38,664 bases of DNA from Candidatus Falkowbacteria bacterium (GCA_037130845.1 JBAXSE010000013.1:1-38664), one strand, 5' to 3'; positions 30,504-38,616 are shown, counted from the stretch's first letter. Numbers and translations are program-made. Notes: a model not told the origin generated them from the sequence alone.

Positions 30504-32876
30504 ATGTTATTAAGCATTGTCCTACAGTACATCGTTCCGATAATCGTTGCGTTCATCGTATTGATTGTCGTTATGAATTCATTCGCGAACGCCAAAGGCG
30601 ATCAGATTATTTTGTTAGAACGCCGTTGGTTCGGCAAGTCTATGCCGGACGGCCGTACAGTTGCTCTTCATAATGAAGTCGGCGTCCAGGCCAGAGTTCT
30701 GGGTCCAGGTTTCCATTGGTTGATTCCATTTATTTATAAGACAACCAAGATGCCTTTTACCACCATCCATAAGAATAAGGTCGGTGTCGTGCGTGCCATT
30801 ACTGGTGCCACTTTGCCGAGCGATAAGATTATGGCCAAGACGGTAGCTTGTGACTATTTCCAAGATGGCGAAGCCTTCTTGATGAATGGCGGACAAAAAG
30901 GTCCGCAGATTACCATACTGCCAGACGGTGAATACAAGATTAATCCGCATTTGTTCAATGTGGTAGAAGTTGAAGCCATCATGATTGATGATGATCATAT
31001 TGCAGTCGTTGAAGCCATTGCCGGTTTACCGGTCACTAGGCCCGGAGGAAACTTTGGATCGCCAGTACCCTGTGATAATTTCCAGGATGGCGAAGCTTTC
31101 TTGGCAAACGGCGGACAGAAAGGCCCGCAGGTTGCTTTTATAGAGCCAGGGTTCTATAGGATTAATACGATCATGTTTGACGTAGCGCTCATGCCTATTA
31201 CCGTAATACCAGGCGGGCATGTTGGTTTGGTTTTAGCGACTGATGGTGCCAGGATTCCTGAAGGCCGTTTGTTGGCTAACAAAGTAGAAGGACATGATAA
31301 TTTCTATAATGGCGAAGCTTTCTTGGCAAAAGGCGGCGAAAGAGGCCGTCAAATCGATACTTTGCCTCCGGGAAGATATAGGCTTAATCCAAGACTCTTT
31401 GAAATCAAAGAAAATGCTATTATCCCTTGGACGAACATTTCGGCCGATGAGGTCGGAATTGTGACAGTCAATGAAGGTAGGCCGATTATCGACGCTACCA
31501 AGATAGCTGCTGAAGAACTACCCATGGGTACGCACAATAATTTCCAGGATCCGAACGCCTTCTTGAAGGCTGGCGGACAAAAAGGTTTGCAGATTCCAGT
31601 GCTACGCGCCGGAAACTATGCAATCAATCCCTGGTTCTGTACTGTGGAAAAAGTACCGATGGTCCAGGTGGCAATCGGATTCTGCGGCGTCGTCACTAGC
31701 TATGTCGGTGAAGAGGGCAAAGATCTGACGGAAGATGATGTCAATGCCAAGATTGTCGAGAACGGCAAGAAGGGTATTTGGTCCGAACCGTTACAGCCGG
31801 GCAAACACCCCTTGAATACCAAGATCTGTAAAGTGGACATTGTGCCCACGACCCAGATATTGCTTAATTGGGCGGATAACCGTTCCAGTGCTCATGAGCT
31901 TGATACTAACTTGAAGACCATTACCTTACGTACGTCAGACGCCTTTAATGTTAATATGGATGTCTCCGTGATTATCCATATCCCAATGAAGAATGCGCCG
32001 AAGGTTATCGCCAATCTTGGATCGGTCAAGAATATGATTTCTCAGGTTCTTGAACCGGCTATCTCGTCGCACTTCCGTAATGCTGCTCAGTATATCCAGG
32101 CATTGGAATTATATACCAAGCGTAAAGAATTACAGGATACTGCTAAGGTTCATATCGATAGCGTACTTAAGGTGCACCATATCGATTCCAAGGAAACTTT
32201 GATTGCTGATGTTGTCCTGCCGCTCGAATTAACCAAGACGGTTACCGACAGGCAGATTGCCGAACAGGAAAAGAAAACCTTCTTTACTCAGAAGGAGGCA
32301 CAGGATGAAAGACGTACTCTCGAAAACGCCAAGGCCCAAGCAGATATGCAGCCTGAGGTAGTTAAATCCGAGAGGAATGTCGAAATCGCCAAGAACATCG
32401 CCGAAGGTAAGGTCAAGGAAGCGGAAGGTATGAAATCCGCCGCTATCTTGAAGGCTACCGGTGATGCCGAATCAGTCAAACTGAAAGCCAGAGCTGACGC
32501 CGAAGCAGTCACTGTGACCGCCGAAGCGAACGCCAAGAAGGTCAAGGTCACGGCTGAAGCCGATTCTGAGGCTATCATGAAAGTTGGAACATCCGAAGCT
32601 GATATCATATTAGCCAAAGGTAAATCAACTGCCGAGTCCTACAAGCTGGAAGTCGATGCCATGGGCAAAGAGGTCTTTGGACAGATCCGTGTAGTCAGAG
32701 AAATCGCAGCCAGCAAGCTGAAATTCATTCCTGAAAACTTAATTATCGGCGGTGGCAGCGGTGCTGGCAGCAGTTCGATGGAAAACATGATGGGCATTGC
32801 TTTGATGGAAAAGCTATCCGGCAGAGCATTTAGTGCTACCGAAAAAGCTGTTGAAAAAACAGAAGTAAAAGTTTAA
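30504..32876 (+). CDS. Membrane-anchored SPFH/band-7 flotillin-like protein with a repeat-expanded N-terminal region
   Basis: N-terminal TM LLSIVLQYIVPIIVAFIVLIVVM. SPFH-like core (LRTSDAFNVNMDVSVIIHI...). C-terminal E/A/K-rich flotillin-type coiled coil (AEGKVKEAEGMKSAAILKATGDAESVKLKARADAEAV...). Confidence 0.75.
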   Translation: MLLSIVLQYIVPIIVAFIVLIVVMNSFANAKGDQIILLERRWFGKSMPDGRTVALHNEVGVQARVLGPGFHWLIPFIYKTTKMPFTTIHKNKVGVVRAITGATLPSDKIMAKTVACDYFQDGEAFLMNGGQKGPQITILPDGEYKINPHLFNVVEVEAIMIDDDHIAVVEAIAGLPVTRPGGNFGSPVPCDNFQDGEAFLANGGQKGPQVAFIEPGFYRINTIMFDVALMPITVIPGGHVGLVLATDGARIPEGRLLANKVEGHDNFYNGEAFLAKGGERGRQIDTLPPGRYRLNPRLFEIKENAIIPWTNISADEVGIVTVNEGRPIIDATKIAAEELPMGTHNNFQDPNAFLKAGGQKGLQIPVLRAGNYAINPWFCTVEKVPMVQVAIGFCGVVTSYVGEEGKDLTEDDVNAKIVENGKKGIWSEPLQPGKHPLNTKICKVDIVPTTQILLNWADNRSSAHELDTNLKTITLRTSDAFNVNMDVSVIIHIPMKNAPKVIANLGSVKNMISQVLEPAISSHFRNAAQYIQALELYTKRKELQDTAKVHIDSVLKVHHIDSKETLIADVVLPLELTKTVTDRQIAEQEKKTFFTQKEAQDERRTLENAKAQADMQPEVVKSERNVEIAKNIAEGKVKEAEGMKSAAILKATGDAESVKLKARADAEAVTVTAEANAKKVKVTAEADSEAIMKVGTSEADIILAKGKSTAESYKLEVDAMGKEVFGQIRVVREIAASKLKFIPENLIIGGGSGAGSSSMENMMGIALMEKLSGRAFSATEKAVEKTEVKV
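30765..31670 (+). repeat. Four clear tandem protein modules of 74-80 aa, plus degenerate copies on either side, within the SPFH gene
   Basis: Motif [CH]D[YN]F[QY][DN]GEAFL.[NK]GG[QE][KR]G.Q...L.PG.Y.[IL]N recurs with Phe codons at nt 30858, 31080, 31302 and 31542. The similarity is visible at nt level (tttccaggatggcgaagctttcttggcaaa...). Confidence 0.8.
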
Positions 32877-32906
32877 TAATCACTGAGTTAGTCTCATTAA
32901 TATCAC

Positions 32907-32937
32907 AATCCCATTCCGATAACGGCGTGGGATTTTT
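32907..32937 (+). terminator. Rho-independent terminator
   Basis: Stem aatccca (32907-13) / tgggatt (32928-34), followed by tttta. Confidence 0.5.
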
Positions 32938-32967
32938 ATATTTTACGTAACTAATCAACCTTGGACC

Positions 32968-32996
32968 TTGACGGATTTTTGAAAGGGGGATAATAT
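32968..32996 (+). promoter_or_regulatory. Sigma70-type promoter upstream of the NAD cluster
   Basis: TTGACG (32968-73), 17-nt spacer, TAATAT (32991-96). A second candidate is TTGACA (33028-33)-17-TTAGAT (33051-56). Confidence 0.45.
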
Positions 32997-33014
32997 AGTG
33001 TTATATTTACACTA
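32996..33014. promoter_or_regulatory. Candidate operator: inverted repeat TAGTGT-N7-ACACTA abutting the -10
   Basis: tagtgttatatttacacta with perfect 6-bp arms, starting at the last base of the -10 hexamer. Confidence 0.3.
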
Positions 33015-33129
33015 AGTAAAAATGCTATTGACATCGCTTAGGTAAAGTGTTTAGATAGGCTCATTATTACGATAATAAAAAGCTAATAATAGCATAAAAT
33101 TGTTCATTAATATATTTGCGGAGGATAAA

Positions 33130-33807
33130 ATGGAAAGGTCTAATAGAGTAATTATCCCGGGTTTAGGGACTATTCTCAGGCTTAAGATCGCTAGCATGCA
33201 TGTCGATGCGGAAAACGGCTTTGCGCCCCTGTGTCCGTTGGAACTGCCGGTACCGGACGGCCAGAATATTGTACACGAGCTGATAGCTCAAAATAACTTC
33301 GCCCGCTATCTGGTAGGCAGCAAAGAAGGACACTCGGACCATCCCCAATGGGCGGCCACCGAGAGCGAGCCGGCCTTTACGCCGATGACGGGCTATCCCA
33401 ATATGAATCGGCGTTGGAATGTGCATTGCGCTATCGGTACCTATGGCGGACAATTGCTGGACGGACTGCCGCCGATTAGCGGCTATGATTTTATGGTCTG
33501 GAAGGGCATTGAAGATGATATGCATCCCTATGGGGCTTGCTATCACGACCTGGCCAAGAAGCTGTCTACCGGGCTGATAGAATGGCTGACCTGCCAGAGA
33601 ATCTCGACAGTGATAGTGGGTGGTCTGGCGACTGATTACTGCGTGCTGGAAACAGTCTTGGAATTATTAGAGGCTGGTTTTGAAGTAGTAGTCAATCTGG
33701 GAGCTTGCCGCGGTGTCGCAACAGACACGACAGACACAGCTATCAAAAAGATGATTAAGCACGGCGCGATTATTATCCAGTCCAGCCAAGAACTAACGCT
33801 TGTCTAA
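33130..33807 (+). CDS. pncA: Nicotinamidase (isochorismatase-fold, PncA)
   Basis: ATG33130 lies 4 nt after GGAGGA. Catalytic Asp region VDAENGF, Lys in MVWKG, Cys in VGGLATDYCV. His-rich metal-site segment EGHSDHPQW. Confidence 0.8.
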   Translation: MERSNRVIIPGLGTILRLKIASMHVDAENGFAPLCPLELPVPDGQNIVHELIAQNNFARYLVGSKEGHSDHPQWAATESEPAFTPMTGYPNMNRRWNVHCAIGTYGGQLLDGLPPISGYDFMVWKGIEDDMHPYGACYHDLAKKLSTGLIEWLTCQRISTVIVGGLATDYCVLETVLELLEAGFEVVVNLGACRGVATDTTDTAIKKMIKHGAIIIQSSQELTLV

Positions 33808-33947
33808 GGGCACGATCCATCGCAAAGTCAAACAGGGGAAAGCCAGCCTTTCCCCCTACTCAAGTGGCGCTGAAAGTTTCGGCGCCAGCTGTCTAGGCAG
33901 TTCTTTAAAATTGAATAATCAAATTGTTATATTTATCAGGAGTAGAC

Positions 33948-35222
33948 ATGTATTTACCATCAAGTTTGTTCAGCTACAAGCAGGACAAAGGCATCATCCA
34001 AACGCTCATGGATGTGGACTTCTATAAGTTCACTATGGGGCAATTGGCCTTTAAGTATTATCGCAATGTGCAAGTGACCTTCAAGTTCACCAATCGCAAT
34101 AAGAATGTTAAGCTGGCCAAGATTATCGATATCGCCCGTTTGCGTGAAGAGCTGGACCATTGCCGTACCCTAAGCTTCAAGAATTCGGAGATCCATTATT
34201 TGCGCGGTACTAATGAGTATCAGCATAGGATGTTCGAGGAAGATTACTTGCAGTTCTTGGCGACCTTGCGTTTGCCAGATTATGAGCTGGAATTTGTGGG
34301 AGATGAAATTTGGCTGACCTTTACGGGCTTTTGGCCGGAAGTGACATTGTGGGAAACCCTCGCCTTGTCGATTATCAACGAGCTCTATGTTCGTGCCATG
34401 TTAGGCAAGGATACTAGCGCTTGGGAACGCAACTACGCTGTCGGAGTCACCAGGTTGTATGAGAAGATTGAAAGCTTGCGCGAATATCCGGAATTAGTCT
34501 TCACTGATTTCTGTACCCGTCGCCGTTTTAACGGCCCGTGGCAGGGATACTGCATCGAGACGACCGTGCGAGAATTACCCGGGCAGTTCCTGGGCACTTC
34601 CAACGTGATGTTCTCTCAGCAATTGGCAGACCACAATTTCGTCCCTATGGGCACATCCGCTCATGAACGTGATATGGTGTTGGCTGCTTTGCAGTTCAAT
34701 AGCGATGTGGGCATCCTTAATAGCCTCTGGCAGAGCGCGGATGAATGGTACAATCAATATGGCGAAGGCCTGTCTATCTTTTTGCCCGATACCTTCGGCA
34801 CCGATGCCTTTTTCGCCCAATTCGGGTCGGCTCGAGCCAAAAAATGGAAGGGCTCGCGGCAAGATTCCGCTGATCCATATGCCTACGGCAGAAAGTTGAT
34901 CAAGTATTATGAAGGCTATGAGATTGATCCACGAAATAAAATGTGCATCTTTAGCGATGGCTTGACGCACGAATTGATGATTTGTTTGCATATATATTTC
35001 CATCGGCAGCTCAAAGATGGTTATGGCTACGGCACGCATTTCGGCAACGACTTGCTGGTTCCGCCTTTGCCCATTGTGGTCAAAGTCGACAGCGTCAACG
35101 GCAATCCGGCTGTCAAGCTTTCTGACAATCTGGCCAAAGGCATGGGATTGCAGACTGAACAAGAGCGTTACAAAAGGATATTTGGCTACACGCGTGATTT
35201 CAGACAAGAATGTGTTGTATAA
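33948..35222 (+). CDS. pncB: Nicotinate phosphoribosyltransferase
   Basis: ATG33948 lies 5 nt after CAGGAG. N-terminal DVDFYKFTMGQ, FTDFCTRRR, MGTSAHERDM (phospho-His loop), SDGL. Length 424 aa. Confidence 0.85.
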   Translation: MYLPSSLFSYKQDKGIIQTLMDVDFYKFTMGQLAFKYYRNVQVTFKFTNRNKNVKLAKIIDIARLREELDHCRTLSFKNSEIHYLRGTNEYQHRMFEEDYLQFLATLRLPDYELEFVGDEIWLTFTGFWPEVTLWETLALSIINELYVRAMLGKDTSAWERNYAVGVTRLYEKIESLREYPELVFTDFCTRRRFNGPWQGYCIETTVRELPGQFLGTSNVMFSQQLADHNFVPMGTSAHERDMVLAALQFNSDVGILNSLWQSADEWYNQYGEGLSIFLPDTFGTDAFFAQFGSARAKKWKGSRQDSADPYAYGRKLIKYYEGYEIDPRNKMCIFSDGLTHELMICLHIYFHRQLKDGYGYGTHFGNDLLVPPLPIVVKVDSVNGNPAVKLSDNLAKGMGLQTEQERYKRIFGYTRDFRQECVV

Positions 35223-35240
35223 TTTAACTCGGAGTTTAGA

Positions 35241-36149
35241 ATGATAGTAGAAAGAAGGAAGTTCTATGGTCTGAACGGAGTGATCCAGGAAGACCGTGAG
35301 CGGTTTAAGCATATTCCTTTGTTGGAATTCTCTAAGGAAGTTATGAATAGTTTTTCTCTTGCCAGTACAAAGATACGCGACAAGGATGATCTAGAGAAAG
35401 CGGTAGCTGATATTTATTGCAAATGGACGGCAGGCTATGGTTATTATGGCGATGTCATCAATGTTAGCTGTTTTATTGCTGACGACCATTGTTATCTGCA
35501 AGTAAATTATATCGCTCGTTTGGCTTTTCCCAAGCCGAATATGGCCTCCGACCTGGTGCCTATCGTGATTGATAATCGCGGCTATGCCTTTCTGATTGCC
35601 ATTACCCGCAAATACAATCCCGGTAAAGGCGGACTTGCCTTGATAGGCGGCTTCCGAAGCGTGATCAAGAATCGCATGGAAACGTCAGTTGAAGCAGCAA
35701 TGCGAGAGGCTAGTGAAGAAGCAGTCGGTCTTGATCTAGAGTATATAGTTAATTGTCACGATGGGATATATTCTAATATAACTCCCCAAAACAGTCAGGC
35801 GATACTAGTGCTGGGCCTGCGTCATGAGATTGTCGGCGGCATCTGGCAGCAGGTGGTGAATCTGGAGTGGTTGGGTACTTATCGTACTGCTCCGGATCGA
35901 GATGAATCATACATCACTCGGCAACGAGTCGATATAACTGATGCTTATGTCCTGCCGATTCGAGTTGATCGGCTGTTGACCAAAGCAGAAATCGCCACTT
36001 GGTTTAGACCGGGCGATGATGCTGAAACGGTCGAAATTATCCGGATTGACGATGGCTACGAGCCTGCTTTTGTCTTTAACCATCATAGTGTCATCTTCAA
36101 GGAAGCTTGGAAAAAGATCGCGAATGAAGTGGCCGTTCTCTATATGTAA
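35241..36149 (+). CDS. Nudix-fold protein with a ~100-aa N-terminal extension and a near-canonical Nudix box; function unclear
   Basis: GGAG SD. LALIGGFRSVIKNRMETSVEAAMREASEEAVGL has E-x7-REASEE intact but the G-to-E spacing is lengthened. C-terminal AFVFNHHSVIFKEAW resembles the LAFDH..I motif of ADP-ribose-type Nudix/NrtR proteins. Confidence 0.6.
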   Translation: MIVERRKFYGLNGVIQEDRERFKHIPLLEFSKEVMNSFSLASTKIRDKDDLEKAVADIYCKWTAGYGYYGDVINVSCFIADDHCYLQVNYIARLAFPKPNMASDLVPIVIDNRGYAFLIAITRKYNPGKGGLALIGGFRSVIKNRMETSVEAAMREASEEAVGLDLEYIVNCHDGIYSNITPQNSQAILVLGLRHEIVGGIWQQVVNLEWLGTYRTAPDRDESYITRQRVDITDAYVLPIRVDRLLTKAEIATWFRPGDDAETVEIIRIDDGYEPAFVFNHHSVIFKEAWKKIANEVAVLYM

Positions 36150-36264
36150 GCAAATTGATTATTCACAGTCGACGGCTAACACGACCGTCGACTATTTATC
36201 TAAGCGATCAAACTCTTGATCCTTTGGATAAGTAAAGTACTTTGAAAATTTATAAGGAACAATC

Positions 36265-37002
36265 ATGAAATATTTAACCGTTTTTTCGGACAGTCTGGCT
36301 GCACAAGATCTAGCCCGCCAAGTCAAGGAAAAGCATTTGCAGGTAACCGATGATCCGCAACAAGCGGATGCGATTATCGTTGGTGGTGGAGATGGCACTA
36401 TGTTGCACGCAATTCATCAGTATTGGCAATTAAAGGTACCTTTTTTAGGAATTAATTGTGGTTCGGTCGGTTTTTTATTAAACCCTGTCGAAACGGAGAG
36501 GGATCTTTTGTTGTTATTGCATCATTTCCAAGAGGTTAAATTGAACTTAATGGAAGTGCATATAGATGCTGAAAGCGATAGCTTTACCTTGCATGCCTTC
36601 AATGACGTTTATCTAAACGTCAAACCGGGCTCCATTTGTTATGGCACGATTCAAGGCGAGCATTATCCCAGACAAAAATTTCGTGGAGACGGCCTAATAG
36701 TAGCTACCGGCCAAGGTTCAACGGCCTACAATCGTAATGCCGGCGGGTCGATATTACCTTTGCAAAATGACCTGTTGGCTATTACCGGTATTTGTACTTA
36801 TGATACGCTACGCGATGTGGTGTCTCAACAGGATCTGATTATTACTATCACTCGTGGTGAGGTGACGGCCAATGCTGACAATCAGTCGGTAGCCGGTGTC
36901 AGGTCAATCGTTATCCGTCCGGGCTTTAGCACTGTCGCCTTGGGTTTCCGCCCCGACTATAATTTCGAAAGCAAAAGATATTCATTCTATAACCAATTCT
37001 AG
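36265..37002 (+). CDS. nadK: NAD+ kinase
   Basis: DAIIVGGGDGTML (GGDG motif), NDVYL, GDGLIVATGQGSTAYNRNAGGSI. Confidence 0.88.
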   Translation: MKYLTVFSDSLAAQDLARQVKEKHLQVTDDPQQADAIIVGGGDGTMLHAIHQYWQLKVPFLGINCGSVGFLLNPVETERDLLLLLHHFQEVKLNLMEVHIDAESDSFTLHAFNDVYLNVKPGSICYGTIQGEHYPRQKFRGDGLIVATGQGSTAYNRNAGGSILPLQNDLLAITGICTYDTLRDVVSQQDLIITITRGEVTANADNQSVAGVRSIVIRPGFSTVALGFRPDYNFESKRYSFYNQF

Positions 37003-37012
37003 GAGTGCAGTA

Positions 37013-37954
37013 ATGTATAAATTAACACAGCAACAGTTGGCTGACGTAGCAAAATACGCCAGCTCTAACCTCTACGCCTATTGCGTGAAAAATAATATCC
37101 ACCATCTGGTGGTTGGTTCTTCCGGCGGTTTGGACAGCGCGGTTACGCTTAAACTAGCTCAATTAGCCTGCAACTTAGCCGAAAAAGATGGCTATGAATT
37201 AAAGAGCATCGGCATGGTCTTGCCTTGTTTCTCCAGCCGTAGGTCGATTGATTTGGGTCGGCTAGCTATTAGGTCTGCCGGTGCTGAAGTAATCGAAATC
37301 AATCTGGATAAAGCTTTTAGTGCTTTGATGAATAATGCAGTCGAGGAAGGCATCGGGTGGCAGTTGGATGACATCGAACCTGATGTAACGGCTGCCGACT
37401 GGCGGCAAAGGCGAATCATCGCTCAGGGCAATATCAAAGCTCGTCTGCGTATGATCCATGTCTATCAGGTAGCCGGCTTGCTCAAGGGCATAGTGCTCTC
37501 GACCGATAATCTGAGCGAACTATGGATGGGCTTTTGGACCCTGCATGGGGACGTAGGCGACTACGGCATGATTCAGAATCTGCTCAAAGGCTTGGAGCTC
37601 TATGACTTGGCACGCTACTTGGGCGTACCGAAAGAGATTATCGCGGCTAAGCCGGACGACGGACTAGGCATAGGCAAAGGGGATGAAGATCAGTTGCATG
37701 CGCCTTATGACAAGATTGATGAAGTGATGATTACGTTCTATCAACAGAACGAACCGCATATCATAAACAGACGACACTCGGCAGTCCTGCCGGCTGTCGA
37801 GGGAGTGAAGCCGGAAGTAGTCTCAGAATTAGTGGCTCGCTACCAAGCGACCAATTATAAGCGTTGGGGGACGGTCAATCTGACCCGCAGCGACTTGCAT
37901 CTGCCGCCAATCAACAATATCAATCTGCGAGGCGACAGTGAAAACCAAGCTTGA
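37013..37954 (+). CDS. nadE: NH3-dependent NAD+ synthetase
   Basis: ATG37013 lies 7 nt after AGGAG and 10 nt after the nadK stop. PP-loop VVGSSGGLDSAV; GNIKARLRM; STDNLSELWMGFWTLHGD; KPDDGL. Confidence 0.85.
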   Translation: MYKLTQQQLADVAKYASSNLYAYCVKNNIHHLVVGSSGGLDSAVTLKLAQLACNLAEKDGYELKSIGMVLPCFSSRRSIDLGRLAIRSAGAEVIEINLDKAFSALMNNAVEEGIGWQLDDIEPDVTAADWRQRRIIAQGNIKARLRMIHVYQVAGLLKGIVLSTDNLSELWMGFWTLHGDVGDYGMIQNLLKGLELYDLARYLGVPKEIIAAKPDDGLGIGKGDEDQLHAPYDKIDEVMITFYQQNEPHIINRRHSAVLPAVEGVKPEVVSELVARYQATNYKRWGTVNLTRSDLHLPPINNINLRGDSENQA

Positions 37955-38579
37955 TTTCATCCAAGGCTTCAAGGCCTTAACCGAACTGGCATTGGCCGCT
38001 GCCAAGCCGGTAGTAGTATTAATTGCCGGAGCCAGTGGTTCCGGCAAGAGTCATCTGGCTAAGCTGTTGTCCGCCAAGCTGCTGCAATGCGGCATTTTGA
38101 CTACCGTTATTGGACAGGATGATTATTTCCGCGATTGTTTCGATCCCGATTTGCCGCTCGATAGCCAAGGACGGGGAATCTTCGATCTGCCGGCTTCCTA
38201 TCTCGATTTGGAACTGGCTAGCGACATCCGCATGTTGCTTAGCGGCTTTACGGTCCAGGGTCCGCTTTATGACAAGAAAGTCAATCTGCGGTCGCTAACC
38301 AAGAAAACGCTGGAAGCTGCGCCTGTGGTTATTGTGGAAGGTCTCTATGCCATTTTGGCGTTGGCTGATAATGATGATATGCCTATCATCAAGATTTATG
38401 TGGAGGCCGACTCGGATATTTGTTTGCGGTCGCGAATTAGGCGTGATACCGTGGCTTTTGGCATCAGCGCCGAAAAGGTAGAGAAATTCTACAACGAACG
38501 GGTATTGCCTTATGCCAAGGAGGCCTTGACCGACCAGGCCAAGCTGGCTGACTTGATTATCGTTAATGATCACCTATAA
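37938..38579 (+). CDS. Uridine kinase/PRK-family P-loop nucleoside kinase (possible nicotinamide riboside kinase)
   Basis: GTG37938 overlaps the nadE stop by 17 nt. P-loop IAGASGSGKSHLAK, GQDDYF, PLYD, IVEGLYA, YVEADSDICLRSRIRRD. Confidence 0.7.
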   Translation: MKTKLDFIQGFKALTELALAAAKPVVVLIAGASGSGKSHLAKLLSAKLLQCGILTTVIGQDDYFRDCFDPDLPLDSQGRGIFDLPASYLDLELASDIRMLLSGFTVQGPLYDKKVNLRSLTKKTLEAAPVVIVEGLYAILALADNDDMPIIKIYVEADSDICLRSRIRRDTVAFGISAEKVEKFYNERVLPYAKEALTDQAKLADLIIVNDHL

Positions 38580-38586
38580 ATTATAG

Positions 38587-38616
38587 TCTGCCCATGTAAA
38601 ATGGGCAGATTTTTTA
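38587..38616 (+). terminator. Rho-independent terminator of the NAD cluster
   Basis: 9-bp stem tctgcccat (38587-95) / atgggcaga (38601-09), followed by ttttttatt. Confidence 0.75.

Noticed and set aside
30422-30673. Upstream ORF (ATG30443, 7 nt after a strong AAGGAG) overlapping the SPFH gene start by 170 nt in another frame
   Set aside because: The translation (Cys/Arg-rich, MSYSDFRQFCQMYLYSKGSLNVIKHCPTVHRSDNRC...) does not look like a folded protein. The 30504 frame begins with a textbook TM anchor. A short regulatory leader peptide cannot be excluded, but I have no evidence for one beyond the SD.
33800-34027. 75-aa ORF spanning the pncA-pncB spacer
   Set aside because: It reads through the two GC-rich hairpins and into pncB out of frame. 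It has no SD and its composition is driven by the hairpin sequences.
34575-35312. 245-aa minus-strand ORF overlapping pncB
   Set aside because: It is antisense to a well-supported nicotinate phosphoribosyltransferase and has no recognisable motifs or start signals. It is a shadow ORF.
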